Virus record (IMG/VR): IMGVR_UViG_3300033073_001071
Span: 488-64,487 of that record
Length of the DNA: 64,000 nucleotides
Origin: a virus
Reading direction: 5' to 3' (one strand)
Shown here: positions 18,399 through 26,930 of the stretch, piece by piece
Layout of the letters: the number at the start of each line of letters is the position of its first letter
Numbering within the stretch: position 1 is the stretch's first letter
Notes under the pieces: model-generated
What the model was told of the DNA's origin: nothing
Seen by the model: only the letters and a program-made list of their open reading frames with translations
Database searches by the model: none
Made by a program: the position numbers and the translations under genes

Positions 18399-19959
18399 TT
18401 TGTGCCTCCAGTGCGTCTAGTTTAGTTTCGTCTAGACCCGAATCATCTATATGATGTTCTTCTGCTTCTTCAACTTCAAACAAACTGTTAAACATGGTAT
18501 TAGCGTTAACTGTTTTCTTGCCAGTATATCCTCTAGTACCAACAATACTTAGCCAATATCTGTTATAATGTTCTACTAGCTGTTCTGCACGACCCCTGTC
18601 TGAAGTAGCAAAAATATCATCAACAATGTCTCTAAAGTAACTACGGTCGTAGAGTCTAGTATTGCGTCTGTCTGTGCTGGTAGCCACCAACATATCTGGA
18701 TATTTGCCCGCATCGCATTGACGATTAGCTTCTTGTACTGCGTGGATATGTGTCCATACATTATGACCCATTTGCAGTGTATAACTAAAACTATCCCAAC
18801 TAGTTTTGCCCTCTTTGCCAATCTTGTTTAGATCACCGGGCTTGTAGTAACAGACATCATTGATCTGTAGTCGTTCGCTGACAGGACTTTCTAAGAAAGT
18901 ATCAAATATCTTATCCTGTAGCACAGCATCTTTAAATTTGCGTGTATCTGTAGCATACTTTTTATTATCAACGCTTGGTTGCATTTGATAGCTCCACTTA
19001 GCACGATCCGGAGTTACTACATCATAATAAATCTGTCCATTTGCAGTTGCTAGGAAAGGACTGGCACAGTCAAAACTAATTGTAAAGTTTTCGTTGTGAT
19101 ACTTGCGAACTGCTCGCTGAATGTCAGTAAGCAATAATGCCCATTCTAATTTACTGGTACCCAAGAAGTGCATCCAATCATGTAGACCCGGCTCCAGTAA
19201 GCCATCAAACCTTAGGGCTACAATGCGCTTGAGTGTTAGATGCACATCACACATGTTTTGACCACCCATGGCCCAACCATTAAAGTGATCATTGGGATAT
19301 TGTTTAGGGTCACAATACTTTTTCATTTGATCATACCAAATGTCTGCTTCAGTATGATTTTCACCTTGCAGTACATTTAAGAACTTGCACTTGCCCTGTC
19401 GATTACGCATAAAGTAATCGTTGTTGATATAAGTTCCCTGTACAGCTTCTTGGAATGTGCTGATACCTGTGGCCTTTTGTCCAGCAGGACTGCGAGCTAC
19501 CCACGCAGGAATATCAAGAATCATACCACGATCCATATAAGCATCCATCCACTTCAGCACTTGCTCACGCTTTTTCTGTGCTTTAGGACAGTTGGGATCT
19601 TTCCAGTTGCCTTCCCATACACCCTTACCAATTTGGAAGCCGCCTGAATCGCCTAACACAAAGCTATTAGGGTCACGATTACGAACCATGTCCTCTTTGG
19701 CATCAAACTTATTAGTATCTAAGTTAGCATGGCCTGCACTGTACAAGGCCCACTTATATGGAAAGTATGCTTCATTGGGATTAAGCCAGTTAAGGCCTTC
19801 CATGCCTCGATCAAACTTTGCAGGCATACGAACACTGTCGATATAATTTGGATCGTGTCGTTGCTTGCCCACATAGGTAGCATAAAAGCCACTTAGTGCA
19901 GGCAAAAAAACTGCGTAGTCATTTTGTTTGGCAGTTAAATTATCTATGGTGCCAGTCAT
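18391..19959 (-). CDS. dpdA: TGT-fold guanine transglycosylase, DpdA-like (DNA 7-deazaguanine insertion)
   Basis: DSGGFQ, ILDIP, VLQG, GWAMGG, HFLG and SFDCASP TGT motifs; heads the que cluster. DNA rather than tRNA as substrate is inferred. Confidence 0.75.
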   Translation of the reverse strand: MTGTIDNLTAKQNDYAVFLPALSGFYATYVGKQRHDPNYIDSVRMPAKFDRGMEGLNWLNPNEAYFPYKWALYSAGHANLDTNKFDAKEDMVRNRDPNSFVLGDSGGFQIGKGVWEGNWKDPNCPKAQKKREQVLKWMDAYMDRGMILDIPAWVARSPAGQKATGISTFQEAVQGTYINNDYFMRNRQGKCKFLNVLQGENHTEADIWYDQMKKYCDPKQYPNDHFNGWAMGGQNMCDVHLTLKRIVALRFDGLLEPGLHDWMHFLGTSKLEWALLLTDIQRAVRKYHNENFTISFDCASPFLATANGQIYYDVVTPDRAKWSYQMQPSVDNKKYATDTRKFKDAVLQDKIFDTFLESPVSERLQINDVCYYKPGDLNKIGKEGKTSWDSFSYTLQMGHNVWTHIHAVQEANRQCDAGKYPDMLVATSTDRRNTRLYDRSYFRDIVDDIFATSDRGRAEQLVEHYNRYWLSIVGTRGYTGKKTVNANTMFNSLFEVEEAEEHHIDDSGLDETKLDALEAQNV

Positions 19960-20291
19960 TTATTTTCTTTTGTTAATATATCAACTACTTGGAACTTTTC
20001 CCACGCTTCTTTTAATGCAGGAGATTTTTCCATGCGACTTTTTAGTTCAAGGTCTTCTTCGCGTTTTTTCCTAGCCCAGTCAATTAATGCTTGCATTTCG
20101 GCATCTAATTCAATATGAGCAGCATAGGAAGGCATGGTAACCCAAGTTGAGCCATCGTACACTTCCCAATAATTGGTAAGGCCGTTATATCGTGGCATAC
20201 CTGCACTTGGCTGGTTCATATTGATATAAGGTTGTCCAGCGGATCCGCCGGTAACAACAACGCCTCTACCTCCAGTCAGTGATCTAATCAT
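19956..20291 (-). CDS. hypothetical protein
   Basis: 111 aa, RYNG...WEVYDGSTW. Confidence 0.65.
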   Translation of the reverse strand: MIRSLTGGRGVVVTGGSAGQPYINMNQPSAGMPRYNGLTNYWEVYDGSTWVTMPSYAAHIELDAEMQALIDWARKKREEDLELKSRMEKSPALKEAWEKFQVVDILTKENK

Positions 20292-21022
20292 TACTTGGTC
20301 TGTGCAGGAAGGATATAATTGTATTCAGCAATACCACTGTCTACAGTAATCATTGCAGCACCTTCGTCGCTGATCTTAAAAGTCTTGTCGCCAGGCAAGC
20401 TAAGAATACTGATAACAACAGCCACTGGCCAAGCCCAAGATTTAGTAAGTTTACCACTGACACCCTGTGCAAACACAAAGTTACCAGCATGACTGCTGTG
20501 GTCACCAAAGTAAAACTTTAGGTCGCCGTTTTCAGTTTTGGCAATAAAGTTGTTTTCTTCGCTGTTGGCACTGGCCTGAAATTTCAGGCGCTGAATGTTA
20601 GCGTTGGCTGGCACAATGTCCACATTCCAGTTAACTGGTTTCATTTTTACAGTCTTAAGTTTGTCGTTGACAATTTCTGCACTCATAAAACGATAGTCGT
20701 TTTTAAAGTCACCCACTTTATTTTCAAAGTGAACACCAACAGGAATTGATTCTTCATCTTTGGTTTGTTTGTTCACAGTAATTGCCGCATCTTCCCTGTA
20801 CTCAGGAATGTTCAAAATAGTGTTCAATTTGTTCAAGTTAGGCATACCAAATGTGCCTACAAATTCTCCCACAACGCCTTTGAATTTGGCCTGTAGGATA
20901 ACACTGCGATCTTCAGCAATGGCTTCCAATTTGGTTTCTGTGTCTGTGCCTACAATTTTAACAAGGTCGATTACGCCCAAGCCATGAGTATGTTGTACGA
21001 TGTCTAATAGATGGTCTTTCAT
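20291..21022 (-). CDS. DNA polymerase sliding clamp (gp45/PCNA-like), probable
   Basis: ~243 aa beta-rich protein near polB; C-terminal ISDEGAAMITVDSGIAEYNYILPA resembles clamp C-termini; SD GGAG. Confidence 0.65.
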   Translation of the reverse strand: MKDHLLDIVQHTHGLGVIDLVKIVGTDTETKLEAIAEDRSVILQAKFKGVVGEFVGTFGMPNLNKLNTILNIPEYREDAAITVNKQTKDEESIPVGVHFENKVGDFKNDYRFMSAEIVNDKLKTVKMKPVNWNVDIVPANANIQRLKFQASANSEENNFIAKTENGDLKFYFGDHSSHAGNFVFAQGVSGKLTKSWAWPVAVVISILSLPGDKTFKISDEGAAMITVDSGIAEYNYILPAQTK

Positions 21023-21041
21023 AGTTTCTCCAATAAGGTAA

Positions 21042-21070
21042 AGTGTATAAGGTTTATTTAGATTTGTCAA
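21042..21070 (-). promoter_or_regulatory. sigma70 promoter with a nested TAAATA
   Basis: TTGACA-17 nt-TACACT; CTAAATA lies in the spacer. Confidence 0.7.
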
Positions 21071-22023
21071 GCACCAACAGAACAAATTCTGCCTAATGTT
21101 TGATGTCGTTTTGTCGTTGTAAGTACACCAGGTTTTTGTATTTCCACCCAATGCACATTCACGCTGGTTGATCTGTAGTGTTTTACTATAAAGCCTAATT
21201 CTTGGAATATAGTATTCAGTAGTTTTGGTGTAAGGTAACTTTTAAATCCTGTTTCTGCATATTCAGCGCATTGAACCACATCACAATTATTAAAACTAAA
21301 CATAATTGATCCGCCTGGTCTAAGCAGATCGTAACACTGTTCTAAAACATATCGAGTTTCTTCATAGGGCCAAAAGTTCACTACATTCCAAGCAAATATA
21401 AAGCCAAACTGATTCTTTGGCAGCATACCCAAGTAAAAAGTTGGTATCCCGTGTGCATCAGTTTGGTAAGCTCTTACTCGTCGTCTATAAACTTCGTTAA
21501 ATTTTGACAGTGTAGAATTTAAAAATTCTTCATGTCTATCTACAATGTATAAAGGATCACCGGCTACAAGACTTTCTGTCCATTCGCCATCGCCCGGTCC
21601 TATTTCTAATGTTGGGTAATGCCAATCAGTGTAGGATCTAACAATTGTACCTATTTCTCCTCGCTCATCATCTGAAATTTCTAATTTTCTTTCTGTTCTT
21701 TCTTGTTCACAGTTTGATAAAGCCGAGCCATAAAATTCATTTATCTTATAACCTAATTTTCTCATAGGAAATGTTATTTCATCAATTTCCTGTTCTATAT
21801 TTTCTATTAGATCATTTAAATATTTTTGCTGTAAATTAATTTCTGTTTCTGTTTTATCTAAAAAATCAATTAGATTTGTCAAATTATTTTTATAATTTTC
21901 GTGCAAAGGCAATGTAGTATTTTTACTAAGTGCAGCGTCTAACAACTCAACATTTTGATTTAAGATATCAAAGTTGATTTCTTTTAAATTATTTCTTAAT
22001 CTAACTAATTCACTTAATTTCAT
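21067..22023 (-). CDS. class I SAM-dependent methyltransferase with N-terminal coiled coil
   Basis: LEIGPGDG, YIVD, FGFIFAWN and LLRPGG. Confidence 0.75.
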   Translation of the reverse strand: MKLSELVRLRNNLKEINFDILNQNVELLDAALSKNTTLPLHENYKNNLTNLIDFLDKTETEINLQQKYLNDLIENIEQEIDEITFPMRKLGYKINEFYGSALSNCEQERTERKLEISDDERGEIGTIVRSYTDWHYPTLEIGPGDGEWTESLVAGDPLYIVDRHEEFLNSTLSKFNEVYRRRVRAYQTDAHGIPTFYLGMLPKNQFGFIFAWNVVNFWPYEETRYVLEQCYDLLRPGGSIMFSFNNCDVVQCAEYAETGFKSYLTPKLLNTIFQELGFIVKHYRSTSVNVHWVEIQKPGVLTTTKRHQTLGRICSVGA

Positions 22024-22024
22024 T

Positions 22025-24688
22025 TTATTCAAAACTAAACAGTGAAGTAAAAGTAGATCTTATATCAGTTGCTTCGCTCAAGTTCCAAGACAGCACACCC
22101 AGCAAGTTATCAATCTTTTGATCAACAATGGTATCTTCCATGTCGTTGTCATCAAAGGGCAAGTCTTTGAACCACTGTGGAATATGTGTTTCGTCTGTGG
22201 GATAACCCACTGATGTATAGCCCAAGGGATTATCTTTTAGTTTACACACAATGGTCTTCATACCATCTACAATGGCCATGCTATAGTTGTCACTGTGCAT
22301 ACGGCGCAGATTATTCCAGTTCATGGCTGCGCGAACATGTCCAGGCATATTGGCTTTACCCAGTCTTGCTTCTTCTGCTGAATATTTGGTCAAGTTATTA
22401 ACACGCTTGGGAGTACCTTTTTCCCATGGTGGACGCTCTTGAAACTTGTATTTGAATTCTTTTACTTTTTCTACAATAGCATCACGGTCGGCACCCGTCA
22501 GTACATCTAACAAGATCTCACTGAGAAAGTCCTGAACAATCTTGGGAGTATCACTGCGTTTGAGATCAAGTCCCATGGCCTTTACTTTACCAGGACTACC
22601 TTTAGTGTCTTGACGCTTGCCTTCTTTGTCATATATCAATACAGCATAGCGTTTCTTTTTAATGAATAGGCCTTTACTGGCTACGATTTCACGACCGCCT
22701 TTAATAATTGCGCCGTTTTCTCTGGGACAATGACAAGCCCGTTCCATGAATGCAGGAAAGCTTTCATTAACTTGATCAGCAATGTTGTCATAGACCTGCA
22801 CTGCAATGTCTTTGTTCCATTCCATGCGACCAGCTTCAACATCTTCCCTAATAGCAGGCCACGCACTGAAGTACACACTGTCAGTATCACCATATATCAC
22901 TGCGTCACCTACATGATCATACTTGCCAGTGATAGCTTCATTTACAAAACTGTCCATGTGCTTGGCGATAGTACGACCTGTCAGTGTAGTACTTTGACCA
23001 ATACGCTGATCAAAGAACCTACATCCTGGATTCAAAATAGCACCATACAGACTGTTCAAGTTAATCTTTTTAACTAGTTGTCGCTTGTCCCAGTATTCTT
23101 GATCTTCGGGTGTAGCAGCTTCTTTTAGCTTGGCCTGCATTTGTTTTCGTTCAGCATACCAACGCTCCAGCAAGCCTGGCACAATACCTTTACGCTCATA
23201 GGTAAAGATAGTACCATTGGCGCTGATAGTCCAGGGCTTGTTGCTGTCAAATACCAGTCGCCAAACATCTGCGGCACTGAGAATATCACTGGTACCATCC
23301 TGTTCCCAATCTACTGTAATTTCAACACCGGGATCACCGCGCATGACCGCTTCATATTCAAGACTGCCAAATAGGCCTTCCCAAGCTGCCGCAAAGCTAC
23401 TGCCCGCAGCAATCTTGTCTTGAATATACTTGTCAGTCATTATAGGTCTCAGTTGTCCGACGATAGTCTCGGGCCCCATGTTGAGCGCTCTAATTGCTGA
23501 GGGGTACAAGCTGTTGATGTCGATGGCTCCGATCCATTCGTGCATGCCCGTTTTGGGATAAGCAACATAGGCACCTGCCGCCTGCGTTTCTCCGTCTTCT
23601 TCTCTACCTTTTCTGTTAGGTACGACCAATCCTTGACTGTGTGCTTCATTAATAATTGCCTGTTCAGTGGTTGCAACGGCACCCATTGTTGTCTGCAATA
23701 ACACCGTGTTATCGTGAGCAATGGTATTTGCCAAATCTAGAAAACGAAGTTTTCTATCCAGTTTCGCTAGCAAGCGAGTGTCTTGTCTGTTGTAAGTAAT
23801 GAAAGTTTCAAAGTCTTTGTTATACAGTTGATCCAGTGTGCCTTCATAGGCAGTTTTACGCTCATCTAATTCATACTCGCCAATGGCATCAAGACTGTAG
23901 CTGTGTCGTTCTTCATAGGTATACTTGCGATACAACTGCATATAGTCCATGTGTACCCGACCGATCAAGTCAAAGGTCACATTTACTGCACCAAATCGTT
24001 CAAATTCACGCTGTTTGGGAAACTGTCCCCATAGGCACAGTCTGCGAGTATCGTCTTTACTGAGTACACGAGTGATGCGTCCTACAGTGTAGGGAATGTC
24101 ATAGCCTTCGCTATTCCAACCCGATAGTATGTCTGCGTCATCAATCAAGTTTAAGAAAGTGTCCAGTAAATCTTCTTCTCTCTCGAAGATGTAAGTGTCA
24201 TCAAACTTGGCTGCAATTTCTTCGGCTGTCTGCCAGCTCATGTTCTTGGGAGGCAGTGCCAGTGTTACTAGCTTGTCCATCCAGTCCAAGTACACAGTGA
24301 TAGCAGTGATTTTGTTAAATGGATCAGTAACAGGACTGAAACCACGCTCAGGATCAAAGTCTACTTCAATGTCAAAGAATGCTGTCTGTAGTTTAGGAGG
24401 TTCAGCGTTTAGATAGTTTTCTTCAAGACATCTAAACACAGGCTTGAAGTCACTTTCCCATAGCCGCTTACCGCTTTGTATTTTAAGTTCTTTGTGAAAC
24501 TCTTTGCCATTACGACTGGCGAATCTAGTTACTGGAGTGCCGTAGATAGTACGATGCTTGCCCTTGGGATCATCGTAATAAAACACATAGTTAGCAGGAT
24601 ATTCTTGGTACTGTCTTTGACCATTTACCCGTTCAACTACATGAATTCTGTCACGCTGTTTGTCAAATAATGCGTCAATGTAGGACAT
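22025..24688 (-). CDS. family B DNA polymerase (gp43-like)
   Basis: Exonuclease FFDIE, GWNSEGYD and YNRQD; polymerase DINSLYPS, KINLNSLYG, YGDTDS and KKRY; no intein. Confidence 0.97.
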   Translation of the reverse strand: MSYIDALFDKQRDRIHVVERVNGQRQYQEYPANYVFYYDDPKGKHRTIYGTPVTRFASRNGKEFHKELKIQSGKRLWESDFKPVFRCLEENYLNAEPPKLQTAFFDIEVDFDPERGFSPVTDPFNKITAITVYLDWMDKLVTLALPPKNMSWQTAEEIAAKFDDTYIFEREEDLLDTFLNLIDDADILSGWNSEGYDIPYTVGRITRVLSKDDTRRLCLWGQFPKQREFERFGAVNVTFDLIGRVHMDYMQLYRKYTYEERHSYSLDAIGEYELDERKTAYEGTLDQLYNKDFETFITYNRQDTRLLAKLDRKLRFLDLANTIAHDNTVLLQTTMGAVATTEQAIINEAHSQGLVVPNRKGREEDGETQAAGAYVAYPKTGMHEWIGAIDINSLYPSAIRALNMGPETIVGQLRPIMTDKYIQDKIAAGSSFAAAWEGLFGSLEYEAVMRGDPGVEITVDWEQDGTSDILSAADVWRLVFDSNKPWTISANGTIFTYERKGIVPGLLERWYAERKQMQAKLKEAATPEDQEYWDKRQLVKKINLNSLYGAILNPGCRFFDQRIGQSTTLTGRTIAKHMDSFVNEAITGKYDHVGDAVIYGDTDSVYFSAWPAIREDVEAGRMEWNKDIAVQVYDNIADQVNESFPAFMERACHCPRENGAIIKGGREIVASKGLFIKKKRYAVLIYDKEGKRQDTKGSPGKVKAMGLDLKRSDTPKIVQDFLSEILLDVLTGADRDAIVEKVKEFKYKFQERPPWEKGTPKRVNNLTKYSAEEARLGKANMPGHVRAAMNWNNLRRMHSDNYSMAIVDGMKTIVCKLKDNPLGYTSVGYPTDETHIPQWFKDLPFDDNDMEDTIVDQKIDNLLGVLSWNLSEATDIRSTFTSLFSFE

Positions 24689-24992
24689 AAGTCTGTAATA
24701 ATAACTTAATTAGGCCCGCACTGTCAATGGTGGCCAACAATACATAATTACCAAAGATACCAAAACTGCCTCTGCTGTAAGCACAGCCTGCACTGATTAC
24801 ACAGCCTAAAATAAAAGCAGCATACAATGGTACAAATGGCAAGTTAGGTACTGTGATAGCGTAGGTTAGGCTACAGCCAATGCTGATCGCCCATGCTATC
24901 ATTTCAAATACAAAACGAACAGGGTTACTGTGCCAGTCGTTTACAATAAACTGACGAGCACCATACCACCAGTTAGTAACCTTTTCACTCAA
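24675..24992 (-). CDS. membrane protein
   Basis: 105 aa with about 3 hydrophobic segments. Confidence 0.65.
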   Translation of the reverse strand: MSEKVTNWWYGARQFIVNDWHSNPVRFVFEMIAWAISIGCSLTYAITVPNLPFVPLYAAFILGCVISAGCAYSRGSFGIFGNYVLLATIDSAGLIKLLLQTYVLH

Positions 24993-25255
24993 AGAGTTTT
25001 ACCTACTGTTTCTAAAATGGTATTAAGCTCGTCGTGGTCACGATTAGTTTCGCCCAACTTGGCCTTGTGTGCAATCTTAATTGCTTTTTTCAGTGTGGCT
25101 GGTTTAATTTCCAGTTCTTCAGCAATGGCTTTAATAGTTTCGTTAAGTCCAGTGTTTAAGTCTTCAACTTCTTGCAAAACTTGCATACCTTCAGAAATCA
25201 ATTGTGTAAGTTTGATTTTTGCTTCACCGTTAAAGCTGCGATTATAGTCACTCAT
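24989..25255 (-). CDS. dsDNA-binding protein (T4 DsbA/GapR-like)
   Basis: Helical LNETIKAIAEELEIKPATLKKAIKIAHK; SD AGGAG before 25255. Confidence 0.6.
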   Translation of the reverse strand: MSDYNRSFNGEAKIKLTQLISEGMQVLQEVEDLNTGLNETIKAIAEELEIKPATLKKAIKIAHKAKLGETNRDHDELNTILETVGKTL

Positions 25256-25270
25256 GGATTCTCCTAATTG

Positions 25271-25352
25271 AAAAGTGCTCACTCTAGATTATACGGTAGC
25301 GAATCGTATAAGTCAAGGCAGCAGCCGCCTACCCGGTCCTAAGGCCAAGGTC
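25271..25352 (-). ncRNA. candidate structured RNA (three hairpins, double pseudoknot)
   Basis: Stems AGGC/GCCU and UUAUACG/CGUAUAA; the 3' tail AGUGAGCA is complementary to both loops; a U-tract follows. Confidence 0.4.
25288..25316 (-). promoter_or_regulatory. sigma70-type promoter for the dsbA-polB operon
   Basis: TTGACT-17 nt-TATAAT. Confidence 0.75.
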
Positions 25353-26470
25353 TATTTGCTCAATATATTATTTAATTCAGGCCAAAGTTCTGCAAATGTG
25401 TGTTTTGGTTTAACAATTTGTTCACTGCGTTCGGTCCACGCCATAAATCTCGAACCTTTTGTCGCGTCTTCAACATCGTCCAATAAACTTTGTTTAACAC
25501 CTGTTAAAAAATAATCATCAAATTCTAAACTGTCAATTTCTTGCAGAGCCAAATCAATTACTGATTTATTGTGGCCAAATACTAAAAAGCTGTCTGTGGC
25601 GTCATTCATATGATCTTCAGTAGCCAAACCCAACTGCCAATTGACTCTCATATTTCCTTTTAGATCTGCAAAATCATAAAGCTCACGCAGTCTTGTACTG
25701 TTCCATATTGTGTACACAGGATGGAGTGTTACATTATTGGCTGTAAAATCTTTTTTCATAATTTCTATATTTTGATTTAGTAAATTCCAGTCTGCGCCTG
25801 CTCTTACATATTCAAATCTATCTTGAACATTATCAAAACTTAAATTCCAATAGGTGTTTTTAAACTGTTTTAATTTTTCATAGACTTTGTTTTTATTTAG
25901 GTCTACACTGCCGTTAGTTAAAATATCTATTTTGACATGTTTGGGCAAAATATCTAGTAGTCTTATGTTATGTTTTTGTAGTAAAGGTTCCCCACCTAAC
26001 AAATAAACACATTCAATGGTATCTATATTTTCTTCTACTAGATCGAATAATGTTTCTGTATAATCTCTGTTAACTGATTCAATGGGTAAATTTCTTAATC
26101 GACGCCATTCGCTGCTGTCATGCGTGTTGCAATATCGACATGTTAAGTTACAAACATTGCTCCATCTTATATCAATTAATTTTAGTTTTCTTTGATTATT
26201 TGCTGAAGGAAATTGATCATTAAATGCTGACCATTGACTGCTGCCAGGAGCAGTATTTTCGATTTTATAGCAGCCATTACAATAATTATTCGGTTGATTT
26301 GATCTTAAATCTTGTTGCAGTTTAATAAATTTGTTTTGTTGGAAAATATCTTTAACTGGTTGTTGTCTTAACGATCCAAAATATCCATCACCACTACAAC
26401 AAACACCAACACCACCTTCAACAGACACAAATAGACCTGTGTCTACAGCACTGCAATAATAACTGTTCAT
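25352..26470 (-). CDS. radical SAM protein with N-terminal SPASM/twitch-like Cys cluster
   Basis: CNLTCRYC, GGEP and TNG; N-terminal C...VCC...CNGC. Confidence 0.85.
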   Translation of the reverse strand: MNSYYCSAVDTGLFVSVEGGVGVCCSGDGYFGSLRQQPVKDIFQQNKFIKLQQDLRSNQPNNYCNGCYKIENTAPGSSQWSAFNDQFPSANNQRKLKLIDIRWSNVCNLTCRYCNTHDSSEWRRLRNLPIESVNRDYTETLFDLVEENIDTIECVYLLGGEPLLQKHNIRLLDILPKHVKIDILTNGSVDLNKNKVYEKLKQFKNTYWNLSFDNVQDRFEYVRAGADWNLLNQNIEIMKKDFTANNVTLHPVYTIWNSTRLRELYDFADLKGNMRVNWQLGLATEDHMNDATDSFLVFGHNKSVIDLALQEIDSLEFDDYFLTGVKQSLLDDVEDATKGSRFMAWTERSEQIVKPKHTFAELWPELNNILSK

Positions 26471-26473
26471 TAA

Positions 26474-26908
26474 TTATTTAAGACTGGCTCTTAGCATCCA
26501 ACCGTGCTTTTGATGTGCATCTAGTCGTTCAGCCAGAAAGTTGCTGAGACCATGTTGGCCTTCGCGTTCTGCTAAGTCGTAGACCAGTTTGATTACTTTA
26601 AGGATTTTGTCGTTGTCTGCCAGCAGTTCAGCAACCATTTGGTCTTTAGGCAATACTGTGGTTTCATCTTCAATTTGACTTAGCATACTGAATCGTGTGT
26701 AGCTGCCAGGTGTATAACTGCCTAGCTTACGAATGTTTTCAGCGAACGGATCAATACTGCCGTAGACTTCTTCATAGATTTTACCAAACAAATCGTGATA
26801 TTCTAAAAAGTCTGAACCTTCAACATTCCAGTGAAAGTAGTGTGCTTTTAAATAAAAACTAAATTCTGTGCTGAATGCAATCTTCATTGCTTTAATTAAT
26901 TCATCCAT
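26474..26908 (-). CDS. dps: Dps/ferritin-like protein
   Basis: HYFHWNVEG, HDLFGKIYEE, DPFAENIR and KHGWML; late-type promoter upstream. Confidence 0.92.
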   Translation of the reverse strand: MDELIKAMKIAFSTEFSFYLKAHYFHWNVEGSDFLEYHDLFGKIYEEVYGSIDPFAENIRKLGSYTPGSYTRFSMLSQIEDETTVLPKDQMVAELLADNDKILKVIKLVYDLAEREGQHGLSNFLAERLDAHQKHGWMLRASLK

Positions 26909-26930
26909 TTTTCAATACCTTATTGTATAT

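Noticed and set aside
20291-21151. Longest-ORF starts in the track (for example 21151, 5545, 6989, 15892, 53056)
   Set aside because: The extensions overlap upstream genes or promoters; downstream ATGs with an SD or translational coupling fit better and were used
22025-24688. Intein or intron in the DNA polymerase
   Set aside because: Continuous 887-aa ORF of normal PolB size with all motifs and no splicing or homing-endonuclease signatures
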